Below are positions 39,291-53,282 of a stretch of DNA of 64,000 bases, in pieces; within the stretch, counting starts at the first letter, position 1, and the number at the start of each line of letters is the position of its first letter. Both the position numbers and the translations under genes were made by a program. The DNA comes from Selaginella moellendorffii. Taxonomy: Eukaryota > Plantae > Lycopodiophyta. The DNA lies in the NCBI RefSeq assembly GCF_000143415.4, contig NW_003314301.1:1052702-1116701 (forward strand), written 5' to 3'. The notes beneath the pieces are model-generated. The model was given only the letters and a program-made list of their open reading frames with translations, was not told the origin of the DNA and did not search any database.

Positions 39291-39552
39291 ACAACATCAT
39301 ACACCCAATAGTAAATATCACAGCCATGACCATGTTTTTATCTTTGTCTTTGATCACACACTTAATAACAAATATCACAGCCATGACCATTGTCCTCATC
39401 TTTGTTTTTGAACATTAGGAACAGTAAAGAATTTCCTCCCACTTGTTGGAAGAGGCATTACTAACGCAGCCTTTGTGGAGAGATAGTATTACTCATGTCA
39501 GTGAACGTCCTCTAAGTCATGATAATTGTCAACAATTTGTACTATACGTTTT

Positions 39553-42115
39553 TTACAATGTCTTTTTTACGTCCTTTTGTTCTGTAAAGATTTTCACCAG
39601 GTTGACGAGGCCCTGGAACTTTTCCACGACTGTAAGCCCGTAAAACATTCTTACCAGAGCCTCCTCAAACTGAAAAGCATTCTCCGCTACGGGATACTGC
39701 CACAGCGAAGACGAGGATGATTACTACACAGTGAAAGAGAAGTGAGGTTTTCTTACCTGAAGTGGCTTGGGAATCACTGTCTTGAAAAAGGAAAATCGAT
39801 CCTCGGCAATAGATTTCACCAGACAGCAGCCTCGAAGGCCTTCAACGCCGGCAAACTTTCCAAAACCGCTGTTCTTCACACCTCCAAAAGGAAGAGACTG
39901 CAGAAGAGGCAATTCTGGTGCTTTAGAAATGGACGAAGAAAAGTTTAGAGTACCTGGCACATATAAGTTACTGCAAAATCGTTGATAGCCGCCATTCCAC
40001 AGTAGATTTTCGAAGCAATAGCAACAGCTCGCTCCTTGTTGGCCGAGAAAACCGAGCATCCTAGTCCGAAGTTGGAGTCATTTGCCAAAGTGATAGCTTC
40101 GTCGTCGCTGTGGAACTTCATGATGGGAATTATTGGACCAAAGATCTAGACAAAGCTTCACATATGTAAATCACTTGGAAACGAAAAGGATAACAATGCT
40201 GCATACCTCTTCTTGCATCAAGCGCATGGAGTGATTGACATTCAAGAGAACAGTCGGAGGATAAAACTGTCCAACGACAGAGTTCCCAAAATCTGGGAGA
40301 ACCAGATCTCCACGAACTGCAATCTCGGCACCTTTAGTAACAGCGTCATTTACCAAAGCTTGCAAGCGATCAGTGTGTTCTTGTATGCACACTGCTCCCA
40401 TGTCAAACAGACCCTCTAGAGGTGGCCCCTGTAAGAAGAGAGTTCGAACGATTTGAGAGTCGAGATTACAAAACCTCACTTACCATTCGAACTGTTCTCA
40501 CGATTCTTACTACTTCATCCACAAACTGCTGGTAAATTTGAGCATGAATGTAAAATCTCTCGGCACCGGCACAGTTTTGGCCGCTTGACTGCAGAGCCGC
40601 TCTTGCAGCTATCTGAGCAACCTGAACAAATTCGAAAAAAACATTCGAGTTTCAACAGAAAAACTTAGCCAACAGAAAACTTGCCTGTAAAACATCTGCG
40701 TCTTCACAGACGATAAAAGGATCTTTTCCACCGAGCTCCAAAACCACAGGAGTTAATGTTTTAGCAGCTTGTTCCATCACCTGCATCGATACAACATAAA
40801 TGACCAGATAGAAAACTCAAACAGCTACCATTTTCCCGACGGCTGTTGAGCCAACGAATATCAATTTGTCCACAAGACTAACAAGCGCTTTTCCAGTTTC
40901 ACCGTATCTGCCAGACTTCTTCAAGATAAATGCAAGAGTATAGAAGAATTCCCGTACCCTGTGATGACATGAACAAGATCAGCGGGTGCTCCCGCGGCAC
41001 GAAGAGCAGCTTTGATAATTCGAGAATAAAAAAACGCCGACCAGCTTGCATGCTCTGAGACCTTTGGAAGTTAAACGTTTAGCAGCCATCGAAGAGAAGA
41101 GATCGATCATACCTTTATAACAATAGCATTACCAGCGAACACTGCAGAGACCATGGGATTTAAAATGTTATGAAATGGATAGTTCCATGGAACGATGGCC
41201 CCGATGACACCAATAGGTGAGTACTCTACTCTTGCAGTCTTGTGAAGCATCATTCTTCCAGCAGATCTGAGAGAACAAGAAAAGAAAAACAAAAACGTTA
41301 GAAGAAAAAGGAAAACAACATGAAGAGCTTTACGAGCCTGTATTCCGGCTGAAGCCATTGCTCGCCTTGGCCAACGAGCCAGGTTATCTTCTCACAAGTC
41401 GTCAAAATCTCCCCCAGCGCAGCATCAACTAGAGTTTTTCCAGAATCTCTTGCTGACACTCTGAAATGCAAAAAACAAACTCGTATAAGCACATCATTGT
41501 ATGCAAGCCACTTACTCACAAATGAGCTCTTGATGATCGATGGTGTACTTGAGCAAAATTCTCAGCAGCTGCCGTCGCTTCTCAAAGCTACTCCGAGCCC
41601 ATTTCTTCTGAGCTTCTCGGGCTCTGGCGACGTGATCACTAACCTGGATAACTCCAAAACCAAGAGAAAAAAAAAGAAGAAGAACATGAGAAAAATGCGC
41701 AAAGAAATTTCCCAGCTCGCTCACCTCATCGAAATTCAATGCAGGTAACTGGCCGAGGTACTTCATGGTAGCCGGATCGTAGCAATGCACAGTATCCTCG
41801 TCGCCGCTCCTCCTTCTAGCCACCTGAAAGACATTTTTCCAGATCAAAACCTTTCCTTCTCGCTGCTTCCTAGCTCACTCCACACACATGAGAATGTAGC
41901 TTACATAGATATAGCTATCGTCGTCCCCGCCCTTGCCTAGCATCACTGCGCCAAGAAAATCCCTTGATCGATGCGAGAAAGGAATCAATCGAATCGCGCT
42001 TACCATCGGAGGTATCGACCACGATCTCGGGCACCACGGGCGGGATGAGCAGCATGAGGAGGCGGCAGAGGTAGAAGAGGATCGCCAAGATCGCCACGGC
42101 CCACAGCACATCCAT
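39553..42115 (-). CDS. ALDH22A1: Aldehyde dehydrogenase family 22
   Basis: N-terminal anchor [19 protein letters not shown]; [11 protein letters not shown]; PWNYPFHN; LELGGKD; SSGQNCAG; [12 protein letters not shown]. Confidence 0.93.
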
Positions 42116-42206
42116 GGCGATGGAAGACGAAAAAACCTAGCCCTTCCAATCAAATCGAGAATATACCTTTGCCTCTACTCTCGAGGTTTAGGGTTTTTGG
42201 GCAGCG

Positions 42207-45200
42207 ATGGCGGATCTCTTCCAGGGGCCGGCACCGCCGTGGTGCATTGGCGCGGTGTTTCGAGCGCCACATTTGCGAGCCGGCGCCGATCGTAAGCTCG
42301 ATCTAGCGATATTTCCGGCTCTGATTGATCGATCGTCTTCTACAGGCGGGCCTCTGCTGTTTGATTCCGTGGGAGAGCCTCAACAACTACTGTCGACGGG
42401 GTGTAAGCTACATCTCTTTGATCATCCGATTCCTCCCCTTGAGAAGGTTTCTCGAAAATTTCGACCCCAATGCTGGATTTTTCTCATTGTGCGATTGTTT
42501 TGTCCGCAGCAATCACGCTACGCGGGGGAGGACGCATCGATCGGCTACACCCCCGATTCTCTCCTCCAGGGGCTCGTCCAGGAGGACACAGCTGCGAAGG
42601 TTGCTATGATCCACGAGAGTAACAACATTTTTGGAAACAGACTGGAGTGTATGCAAGTGTGTTCTAAGTTTCTTACTCTTGTTCTCTCATTTGATTCTTC
42701 TTCTTCTCTCTCTCTCTCTCTCTGTGTCTGTGTCTCTGTGCAGTGTCAAGATGGAAAGCTCCAGCTCACATTTCCCGTTGGTGAGAACTTCAACAGTATA
42801 GGAAGTATACTTTGCAAGCGTGATCCCGCTGGTCGCTTGTGTCCTCTAAAAAAGCAAGAGGACGAGCCGGACAGTGAGTGGCTCGGTGGCGTGAGAATGT
42901 CAGTCTCACCAACATTGAATCATCCCATCCGCCAGGTACTTGTTACTTCTTTCTCTCGTTCTCTTCTTTACTTCGGTTTCAGTTATCAGCGATGAAGATT
43001 TCGAATTCAAGTGTAGATGAGAACATCCTAGTAGCTAGGACTCAGCATCAAGTACATGTTATGAACGTTCTAAGAGAAGTAAGTTTTTTTTTTAATTTTT
43101 GGGCTTCGATAGCTTTATCAGGAGTTTACAGGAAGATCGCGTATGCTTTGCTTCACGCTCAGTGACGACTTACCGCCAGGGTGTATCTCATGTAAGCTTT
43201 TCATTTTGTGTTTCATGATGGTGGATCACGATGCGGCTCCCGCAGGTGGTCTGGAGTCCTTATATCGAGGGAGAACTTGCAACTGTCCTGGAGTCTGGGG
43301 AGGTTTTCGTTTACAATGTGCACTCCACTAAACAGTCTACAAACAATCTACGAGCGAACTTTATAGTACAGGCGCGCATGGTCGAGGCTGCAACGGCCGA
43401 CGGAAGTGGCGCTGCTAAGTTTCCAAAGGCTGTGGTTGCCGAGATTTGGAATCTCAGGCGGAGCTGGTGGCGAGTCGAGTATGGTTGGCATCCGAAGCTG
43501 CTTGTCATAGCGAACGCAGAGGACATTCTTTTATCCGACTTAAGACATGGCAACGCGACTACTCTACTTGGTACTGTTGGAAACAGCAAAAATTACTGCC
43601 ATCAGAGGCGCTGCGAACAGGATCGCTTCGTAGCTATAGTGCGCCCTGAGGATCGTGGTTATCATTTTGCTGCTGCAACTATGGAACATATCATGCTCTT
43701 CGACATTCGTAGGCCAAGAATGCCACTACTTCAGGTTTGTATCTTCTACTTTCTGCTAGCCTGATTCTTGATTTTTCCCTTTTTCATTCTGTAGTGGGAA
43801 CACTCAATGCACGACGATTCTCCCGGATATTTGTCTATGCATCCTCTGTCATGGCTCCGGCCTGAGGAAGATAATGGCGCAGGTAATGGGGTTTCTACGT
43901 GAGTTTGGCTGACTATGTCGTGCAGGAAGAGTTATCCTGGCTGCGAGCTTTCGGTCTGGTGATGTTCGAGCATTCTGCTATGGTCCTCAAGCGCCATCTA
44001 CTGCAATCGTGTCAGGAGCAAGTTCCAGATTTCGTGAGATAGAGGAAGCGTACTGTGCGTGGGATCTTCCTTCTAAGATTTTCACTTCTCGTCCTCGGAA
44101 ACTATCCATGACGGCACTTTATGATTCTCTTTCCACTGGAACGCAGGACAGCTATATTGAAAGCCTGTCTGGAGTTGCGGTTCTGCCTGGGGCAAAGACT
44201 GGTTTCAGCTTGTTGCAACTTACGGGTACAGGTGACATTCTGAATCAACCTTATATCGCTTCCAAGACCTTGAAGAGAGAAAAGAACACTAAGTTGTGCG
44301 AGTACCCTGATCGTTTAATAGGTGGGCTTGAATTGTTTCATGGTTTTTCTTCTCTAACCATGATATATGCAGCTAAGAACAAGAAGAAGCTTGTTATGAA
44401 AAATTGCTCTTTCCCAGCTATGCTCAACTGTATGACTAGCTTCTGAAGCGTTGTGTTTTCTGACGCTGTTTTTCTTTGCAGACGTGAAACACGGACTGGA
44501 TTGTCTTGCGGCTTTGGGGTCGTCTCATGAAAGCAAGCGTATGCTATGGGACTGTGCTTGTACTAGTTTTGACTGGAATTGCGGTGATTTGCAGGGCTCA
44601 AGGCAACAGTGATGGACCCTGTGGAAGACTACCAGGATCGCATATACAAGGTTTTGTCGGACGTTGAAGTCTTTCTCTCGAAGTATCCTTTTTCTTTTTC
44701 CTGGCTTCTTCTTTGTGTGTCTTGACGATTTTCAAGCCATGAGATATCGTTTAAGGTACTGCTCTTGGGTCTATCACAAGATCTAGCACTACACGCAGCA
44801 AAGATGCCGTCAAACGTCACAGGATATATTGATGTTACTGATAGAACACCTTATCTTCGACCACCGCTGAAATATTTGGAAATGCAAGAAACTCCGGTTC
44901 CAGTTCCGTTGCCGGTGCTTCTGGAAATTCAGGCTAAGGAAGGCAACAGAAAGGCAACAAAAGAGAGCTTCCAAGCTGCCTGTGACGCGGTTGAAACAGT
45001 AACATCCAGCTTAAGAAAGAAACAGGAAGAACCAATTGTGTCTCTTGGTCAAGGTGAAGATGCAAGCTTCAATTTGTCCCAGCAGTTACTATTCCACTCA
45101 AAGCACTCAGATTCTGGAGCATCATCGTCATCGAGCACTGGCAGCATGAAATCCCAGAATTATGTTGGATCACAACAACTAGTTGGAGGAGAAGTTGGGT

Positions 45201-45397
45201 CGTCGAAAGTTTTCGGGCGACTCAAATCAGGTTCGTCTGCTCTCAGTCGATATTCTTATTTTGATTTTCTTTCCCTGCTGACAGATGAATTTGAACCGTC
45301 AACGTTTGGGGCCTTGGAGCGCTTGCAAATGGACTTTGAGAAATGGCAGCAAAACTATGCTCCATACGTAAACTACTGTAAAGGAAAACGTCTGTAA
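42207..45397 (+). CDS. TAF1C-like (RNA polymerase I TBP-associated factor C) beta-propeller protein
   Basis: Motifs FPVGEN, ILVART, WSPY, EYGWHPKLL, FDIRRPRMPLLQW, FCYGP, AWDLPS, GFSLLQLT recalled from plant TAF1C-like proteins; multi-exon. Confidence 0.62.
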
Positions 45398-45451
45398 GGC
45401 GAGCCTCGGGAAATACTGATTCAACGCTTTCTATGTACATTCTTCGTTTTG

Positions 45452-46395
45452 TTATTTAGTTACTATGCATCTCGTAGGCGAGCCATCAGAGCCGATTAAT
45501 GCTGCTGGAAGGCAATTCAGCGTATAGAAACCGGATTGAACGTTGTCCAAGTTCAATCCTTCCACGAGTACGACTCCCTGTAAGGTAAACATATATTGCA
45601 GCATTGATAAAGCAGGCTAACTCAACTCACCTTGCTCAGGAGGGGCTTGTGCGTCGCATCCGGCTCGTTGTAAACTCCGACGGAAAGGTAGTCGAGTCCT
45701 GTATATATGCGCGTGAGAACAAAGAAGCACCAAACGGAACGTACCGATGAGCTTAAGGGATGTGTTCTGAGCTATCCATTCTGCTCCGTCTTTGGTCAGT
45801 GCGGTGAAATCCGACGTGAACTCTCGCTTCCACATGAGCCTCCTGGGATTATAGCTTACTATCAGATTCTCCTCTCAATTCATTTTCTTGGAGAGCTAAC
45901 CGTTCTGTATTCAGTGTTCTGAATAGCACGCGCTCAACTCCAGGGGGGACGACGTTCTTGACAACCTCGGCTGTTATGTTTTGATCCTTCGGCGTCTCCA
46001 CCACAAGCACAAGTCCTGGTAACAAAATGCTTGGTTTAAACAAAACTAACTGGCTGTGTACCAGTGAGGATGTCAAGCTTGAGACTGTTGGTGGTGTCGA
46101 CTCCATTCAGGAAATCCTTCTGGAGAAAATGGCTTGGCGAATCAACATGTGTTCCAGTGTGCACGATGAGCTGGAGTTCCGAGACATTGACAAGGGATCC
46201 ATTGGCGATACTTGCGACGAGACTTACAACCTTTCCGAGTCCCTCCTTGGAATCCCACACGGGTAAATCTTGTCGAAGAGAGTGCGTTATGTCTGTTATC
46301 TGACGAGCCTCCTCCACTGCAGCTAGCTCACGAGCTCCTGTCCGGACTATCAAAGCCATCATCATCAGATTAATCAAAAGCCCGAACAAAGCCAT
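45452..46395 (-). CDS. Cyclase family / kynurenine formamidase-like secreted metallohydrolase
   Basis: [51 protein letters not shown]. Confidence 0.9.
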
Positions 46396-47916
46396 GCGTG
46401 AAAGCTTTCTCTTCAAGACGCTGAGTTTGAATGCTCGCTTCTCACTCTTCACTGGTAAGATCTTAACATGAAATAATAAGTTCACTTTCGTGGGAATTTA
46501 TGTTGTGACTTTGACGCGTTTTCTTTGCTGCCGAACGTACAGGAGAAGCGAGTACTTGGGAGAAACATTCCCGCTCCCAGCCAAAACAGCGAATTCCTCC
46601 TCTTCTCTTCCACCAAAGGTACTTTGTTTTTCTATCTTTTCTTTCCGCTCGCTCTGTTTCTAGCAAGGAACGAATGTCTGGAATCGTGCCATGACATGTC
46701 ACTGCGTGTTGCAGGGCCCTTTGTTTAGTCGCTAAGCGATGGAAGTTGTTCTTGAGATGAAAGGGACACAGTGGCCGAAAGCAAAATGGAGGAGCAAAGC
46801 AACCAACGACACAGGCAAGAAAAGAAGATCACTCAAGTGTTCTTTGGCTTCACGGGAGAGTTTTTCGCAGATCTTGCGAGATTTGGACGCGCCAGCGATC
46901 GAGCGAACTTGATTGATTGAGCGTAAGTTTGGTGGCTTGAATCGCTGCTTTTAAAGGAATGTAGAGCTAACTTTACTGCCGCAGATCAAACAAAGACACA
47001 TTAATTCGCGCCACATGAATGAAGATTTGCAGTCAAAACACTATTTTTTCCTCGCCAGGTGAAAAAATATTCGTTGTTTTTTTCAAACATTCTAACTGGA
47101 GGATATTCTTTTCTTAACGGAATGGTTAAGCCAGGAAAATGCGGCGTGACCTGGCGCCACGTTTTGCGACGGGGCCCACCGCGTGGCATCGGCGCCGTTG
47201 GTTGTAGATATCCGACGGCTGGGCTTGCCGGCGCTCGGGGATTGGGCCACGAGTCGAGATGGTGACCGTCGATGCGAGTGAAATGGACGGCCGACAGTTT
47301 CGTCGCCGAGGGAGGGAAGTGAAAGGCTTTTAGAGGTGAGAGAGAGGCTCTTCTTCTTCTCTGTTTGGAGAGCGCGACGAAAGAGAAAGAAACCCCTGGT
47401 AGGGTTCGTGCTCGGTGTCAATTCGATCGTGGCGGCCGCCATTGCGATGCGTGAGAAAGATACGAGGTGAGCAAGGATCCTTTCCTCTCCCGCCGATGAT
47501 CCGAAATCTCTCCTTGCATCGCGGAATGCAGGTCCTGGCGCCTGGTACTGCGCAAGAAAATGGTGTGATTCTCAAAGACCTCGCTGGATTTCGCTGTACG
47601 CGAGGCGAGAATTCCACTGGCAAGGCCAAAGGCGGGGCATGCGTTTCGTGCCTGGAGCGAGACGCGCTACACACGCATTCCTGATGCTTCGACGGCGACT
47701 AGTGAGAATTTCGAGGTACAAGAAATCTGCGTTACACTACAGCGTGGTCTGAATCAATGCTCTTCTCCAAAACTGTATAGGAGTGGATTGGCCGCGAGAG
47801 CTCGTAGCAGCCATCATGGTCTCTAGCGATTCCTAGAGGTAAGCTATGCTTGGAGTTGGAGTTTCTTCTTTTACTTAGCGGCTTGCTTCCATGGCCCAGG
47901 AAGGAAGACTACTACC

Positions 47917-50444
47917 ATGGCGAAACTCAAGTCACTCTTTGGAGCAAACGTAAAGACCACCCCGGAAGAAGGAGCAACGAAGGAGATGTCGAGTAGGAAC
48001 AGGACTCCCAGTGTGGTGGCCAGGCTGATGGGTTTGGAGGCTCTTCCGGCGGAGCCAGCTACGACAGGGAAGAAGGAAAAGGCCGTGGTGTTGTTGGAAA
48101 AGCGTGTGCCGGATTCCAACACACTGGTAGATATCACAGTGTCAGGGAAGCGGCTGAATGGAGGGGTCACGAGATCTCAGAAGTCGAGGAGTTTTGATGA
48201 GGCCTTTGACGACCGGCATAAAGATGTGCGTGAGGTACGAGCGGTACTCCAGGGGGCCGAGTGCTTGCAATCCATACAGCTCGACGAGCTCAACCGGCAG
48301 CTCCTGGCCAAGCACATGAGAGTTTTGGACGAGCTCAAGGAAGCCAAGCAGCAGATGGCGCAGGGTAAGGCTGGTGTGGAAAGGCAGCAGCAGCAGCAGC
48401 AGCCTCGCAAGGGACTTAGCGATTCAAGCGAGTTTTTGGACGCGGTGGAACTCTTACAGGCAAACAGGCAGTTTTTCGAGAAGTATTTTCGGAGCTCGGG
48501 AGCTTTGGAGGCCATCTCACAGAGAAACGATTCTGCTTCGTCGACACGGGAAAGTAAACGGGAAAGCAAGTTGCCGACGGGAAGGATTCCTCGTTTTCTG
48601 AGCGGTCAGTCAAGTCCTCGTCCTCTGATGAAAGAGCAGTCCAAGGTGCTGAATGGTGACAGCGGCAGGCTTCTAACGAGTCGGGATGAAAAACACGAGG
48701 TGTCTAGTATAGTGGTGCTGAAACCAAGGAAGAGAACCGATCAACGAGACCGAGAATCAAAGCAGGAAGATCAACGAGAACGAGAATCAAAGCAGGAAAA
48801 GCAAACGGTCAAGGACAGGAAGGACATTGCTAAGCTGATTGCGAAGAAGATCAAGGAGAGTATATCGAAGGAAGTTGCAAAAACATTCTATTCGAAGGTG
48901 GAATCCGGGTCACCACAGCGATCACCTAGCAGAAGTTTTGATAAGTCGGACGATACACCAAGAAGCAGGCATTCGCGGAGTTTGAGCCAGCCAGAGTCCG
49001 AGTTTTCTGGTGATCTAGACGCTAGTGCAAGGAAAAATGTCACAGGAGCGACAGACTTGGATAAGAGGAAGCCTGAATCTGTGTCACCGAGATCAAAGCG
49101 TCTTTCTAGAAATTCTGGATCCAGGGACGACACCAACTCTGCAAAGAATGCCGGTGCGAAGGCTCAGAAACCAGTGACGGAAAGGAAATCCAAGTCAAGT
49201 TCTCCGAGAAACACTGCCAGACACAGGGAATTGAACTCTCCAGATGCAAGCCCGAGAAATCCTAGTCCGAGATCTACCGTTTCTTTGGACGAGTCCCCCA
49301 GGCCCCCGAGACAGAAAAGTAACAACGCAGTTAAGCCTCCAAAACCACACGACTCGAGGGAAATTGCCAACGGAAAATGCGACAGAGCAACAGCTGAGAG
49401 GAAATCAAAGCTAAAGTCTTCAAAACCGAAGCCCGATGGAGGAGATGACACCAAGAACTTGGCTGACGTCTGGCTTGAACCACAAAAAGGACACTGTCAC
49501 CTTGTTAAACATCAATTAGTTGCTGAGATCGCGGACGAGGACTGCATAACTATAACACCAACAAAGAACGAACCGGTGAGCAATCTCCTTCTCTCGCCAG
49601 TCTTGTGTCTTACTCCTGTCTTTTCAGGATTCTTCAAGCGTAACTTCCAAGCACGGATTGAAAAGTTTTGCGGATAGCACCAGCCCAGTGTCTGTCCTGG
49701 ATCTACTTGATGAGGACGAGCATGATCATGACGTCGCCCACCAGGAGGACAGATCGACGTCCAAGCCTGCCACTAGTGAGCTACTCTAATAATTTTTTTT
49801 CTTTGCTTTAGTGAACACGTTGCCACGGACTAACTTATCCTCGTGTGACAGCTTCCCAAACGTCGCAAGCTCTGCAAGGAATTGTCCAGCCAGAGCCACA
49901 GCACGAAGAGTGTAAACCTCCGCCATCACAGGAACTTCCTTGTTCTCCTGGCCGACAAGACGACTTGATCTACGTGAGAAAGCTGGCGGCCGCGGCGACA
50001 GCGTCCAGCAGGATCCAAGAACTCGGCACCAAGCTCGACTCCACTGTCTTCGAGAAACTGGAAGACGAATACAGTCGAGATCAAAGCAGCCAAGACAGCG
50101 CCATCGATGCAATGAAGATCCACTCGCGCGCCATCAACAGGTGGCTCATCTTCGACTTCGCCAACGAGATTTTGTCCGCGCAGCCAGTGATCCCAAAGCT
50201 CAGTGACAGTGGCAGGAAACGAGAAGAGAAGCTCCTCCACGAAGTCTGGAGCTCCATGTCCGAGCATCACAGCTTACAGCGATCCGGGGAGCAGAGTCTC
50301 GAGTCGATGATCAACGGCGAGCTCCAAAAGGAGAGGAGAAAAGATTGGGTGGAAGCCGAGAGTGGATTTGCAAACGTCTGCCAACAGATAGAAAATTCTT
50401 TCTTCAACGAGCTCATTGAAGACGCCATCGCTGATCTCGTCTAA
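47917..50444 (+). CDS. TON1-recruiting motif / LONGIFOLIA-like protein (VARLMGL, DUF4378); additional 5' exons possible from about 47450
   Basis: PSVVARLMGLEALP, SIVVLKP, SPVSVLD, LIFDFANEIL, IENSFFNELIEDAIADL. Confidence 0.85.
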
Positions 50445-50956
50445 CGCATTCTTTTCTTCCTTTTGTGTTTGATACGTAGATTGTATTGTATAAAACTTTT
50501 GTACTGTATACAATGTGTGTATAAAAAAAAACAGAATCTAAAGCCCTAGCCGCCGCCACTCCGAGAAGTCTGGAGCACGTGGCTACACTTTTAGGGCAAA
50601 CCGGCTTGTCCGGTGAGCAAACCCGTCTAGATTCTTGCCACGTGGGCTGGCGACCGGCTGCTCCCGGTGACCGCTCCAAGAAGTGGAGCAAAACAGAGGA
50701 GCGTCCTCGTCGAGGCGCCGGTCGTGTGGAGTGGAAAAAAATTTGGCGAGGTGGGCATTAGATTTGATTTCTGTTGGATTAGGGTTCATGGGAAATCTCG
50801 TGCGCGATTTTTTCTGTGGCGTTTTTCTGCTTGTTTCTGGTCAAGACGATGGTCCAGGAATGCAAACTCCTGACGCGTTTTTTTTTTTTTTTGCTTCTTC
50901 GCGGGGTAGGGATTTGTTCTTGGTTTGGCGTCGCAGGAGCAGCAGCGAGCGCTGGA

Positions 50957-53084
50957 ATGAAAATGTGCGCTCTTAAATTCGAGGCAAGCGGTTTTTTTCT
51001 TCGTTTTTGTGCGTCTTTTGTGTGTGTGTGATTCTTACAGGCGAAAGAAATTTGTTTTTGTTCAGGTATTGGCAAGATATAAGCGAGCTCGCGCAGCAAA
51101 ACTCACGCTTCCACATTACGAATGCCTCACTCCGATGTTCATGCCAGTTGGAACTCAAGGTCGAGAACATCTTTGGTTTTCTCTTCTTATAAAACTTGGT
51201 TTGTTTTTTTTTTTTTCTTACTTTTTTTTTTCTTGGGGGTGTCAGGCTCGATAAAGGGTCTCACTAGCGGTCAGCTGGAAGAGCTTGGCTGCCAAATTGT
51301 TTTGGGAAACACTTATCATCTCGCTTTGAGACCTGGAGCTGAATTGCTGGATGCTGTGGGAGGCCTTCACGAGTTTATGAACTGGCAACGGGGCTTGCTC
51401 ACGGATTCCGGTGGCTTTCAAATGGTGAGTCCAGCGTTTTTATTTTTCTGCTCGAAAAACGTTTTTGTGAATTTTTTTCCTTGCGAAATAGGTATCACTT
51501 CTACACTTGGCAGACATCACTGAAGAGGGAGTGACGTTTCAGGTATTTCTTTACATGTTTTTTGGATGGATTCTAACGAAAGAAGGTGAAAATGGTTGCA
51601 GTCGCCTGTGGATGGCAAGCAAATGCTCCTCACACCCGAAGAGTCTATAAGGATACAGGTTTGGATTCTCGTTTTTTCTTCTCTTTCATGGATGATTCAT
51701 TCTCACGACTGGAAAATTTCTACGTAGAACAAGATTGGAGCCGATGTGATCATGGCTCTCGACGACGTTGTCAAGACAACTATAACGGGCCCTCGCGTCG
51801 AGGAAGCAATGTATCGCACTCTCCGGTGGATCGATCGCTGCATATCTGGTACCTGCTCGACCAGTTTATCGAGATCGAGTAAAACTTGCATAATTTTTGT
51901 CGTGAGATTACAGCACATTCAAGGCCAAGGGATCAAAATCTATTCGGAATAGTACAAGGAGGACTCGATCCACATCTCAGGCAAGGAAAAAAAGCAAAGT
52001 TTTTCCAAGTGTGGCTCTTTCTTTTTGGGTTTTTTCTTTCTACTTTCAGGGATATATGCGTCAAAGGCATGGTGGAGCGAAATTTGCCAGGGTACAGTCC
52101 TTGAATTCCATCAAAAACACTGGTTTGTTTTGTTCTCTCTTGACGCCGTGCACAGATATGCCATTGGTGGGCTCGCAGGTGGAGAAGAAAAGGACTCGTT
52201 TTGGAGAGTTGTAGCGCAGTGCACTGCGGGTCTTCCAGACGACAAGCCTCGCTACGTTATGGTATTCCCTACTGTTTTTTTTTCTTCGAAAAAAGAAAGC
52301 GAGGATGGATAGTTTTCTAAAGTTTCTTCCTTGGATTGGTTTTCAGGGTGTTGGATTTCCACTCGACATTGTTGTGTGTAGTGCTCTTGGAGCGGACATG
52401 TACGATTGCGTCTACCCAACGAGAACTGCTCGTTTCGGCACTGCTCTAGTCCCCGAGGTTGGAATTTTGTTCTCTTCGTTTCTTCGCCTTGTTCTAACTG
52501 GAGCTTCAACAACTCTTGGCAGGGTGTTTTAAAGCTCAAACACGCTTCAATGGCGACGGACACTCGACCGATCGACGCTTCTTGCTCCTGCATGGTACGC
52601 AAAGAAACAAAGAAAGATCCATGCATTCTTTTGTGAGTTTGCTTTGTCAAGGTTTGCAAGAACTACACTCGAGCGTACATTCACACACTGGTGACGAAAG
52701 AAGCCATGGGATCCCAGCTGGTTTCCTATCACAATGTTTTTTACATGATGCGGGTAAGATCATGGTGAAACACTTTCTGGGGTTTTATACTTTGCTACTG
52801 GCAGCTTAGCAATGATCTCCATACCTCCATACTCGAGGGTCGATTTCCAGAGTAAGTGGTTTCTTAAACTTCTTAGCGTCATCGGTTTTCTTTTCGTTTT
52901 TTTCGTGGACAATGCTCGCAGGTTTGTACAAGATTTCTTGCAAAAACAGGTAGAGCTTTCTAGTTTCAAGTTGATAAGTGATTAAAGTTTTGATGTTTAG
53001 TATCCACAAGGAGATGTTCCGGAATGGGTGTGTAATGCCATGGACGTGGCGGGAGTGGACATTTCTATGTGTGTCAAATCGTGA
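50957..53084 (+). CDS. QTRT1: Queuine tRNA-ribosyltransferase catalytic subunit (tRNA-guanine transglycosylase), about 14 exons
   Basis: [79 protein letters not shown] zinc motif. Confidence 0.94.
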
Positions 53085-53282
53085 AAACTCCAAAAAAAAA
53101 TTGAAATTAAAACCAAAGTTTTGTTTAAGAAGGGTTAAATATATTTAAGTTTGCTATTAATAAAGTAAACCGATATATAGTAAATATTTTAGAACAAAAT
53201 AAATTTAGTTTCTACTTTAGGTAAATAAAAATTACAAAATACTAATTTTAAACTTTTGGTTTTTTCGATCAAAATGTAAATC

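Noticed and set aside
48739-48798. 30-bp tandem duplication (DQRDRESKQE twice) in the TRM gene
   Set aside because: Ordinary in-frame slippage in a disordered region
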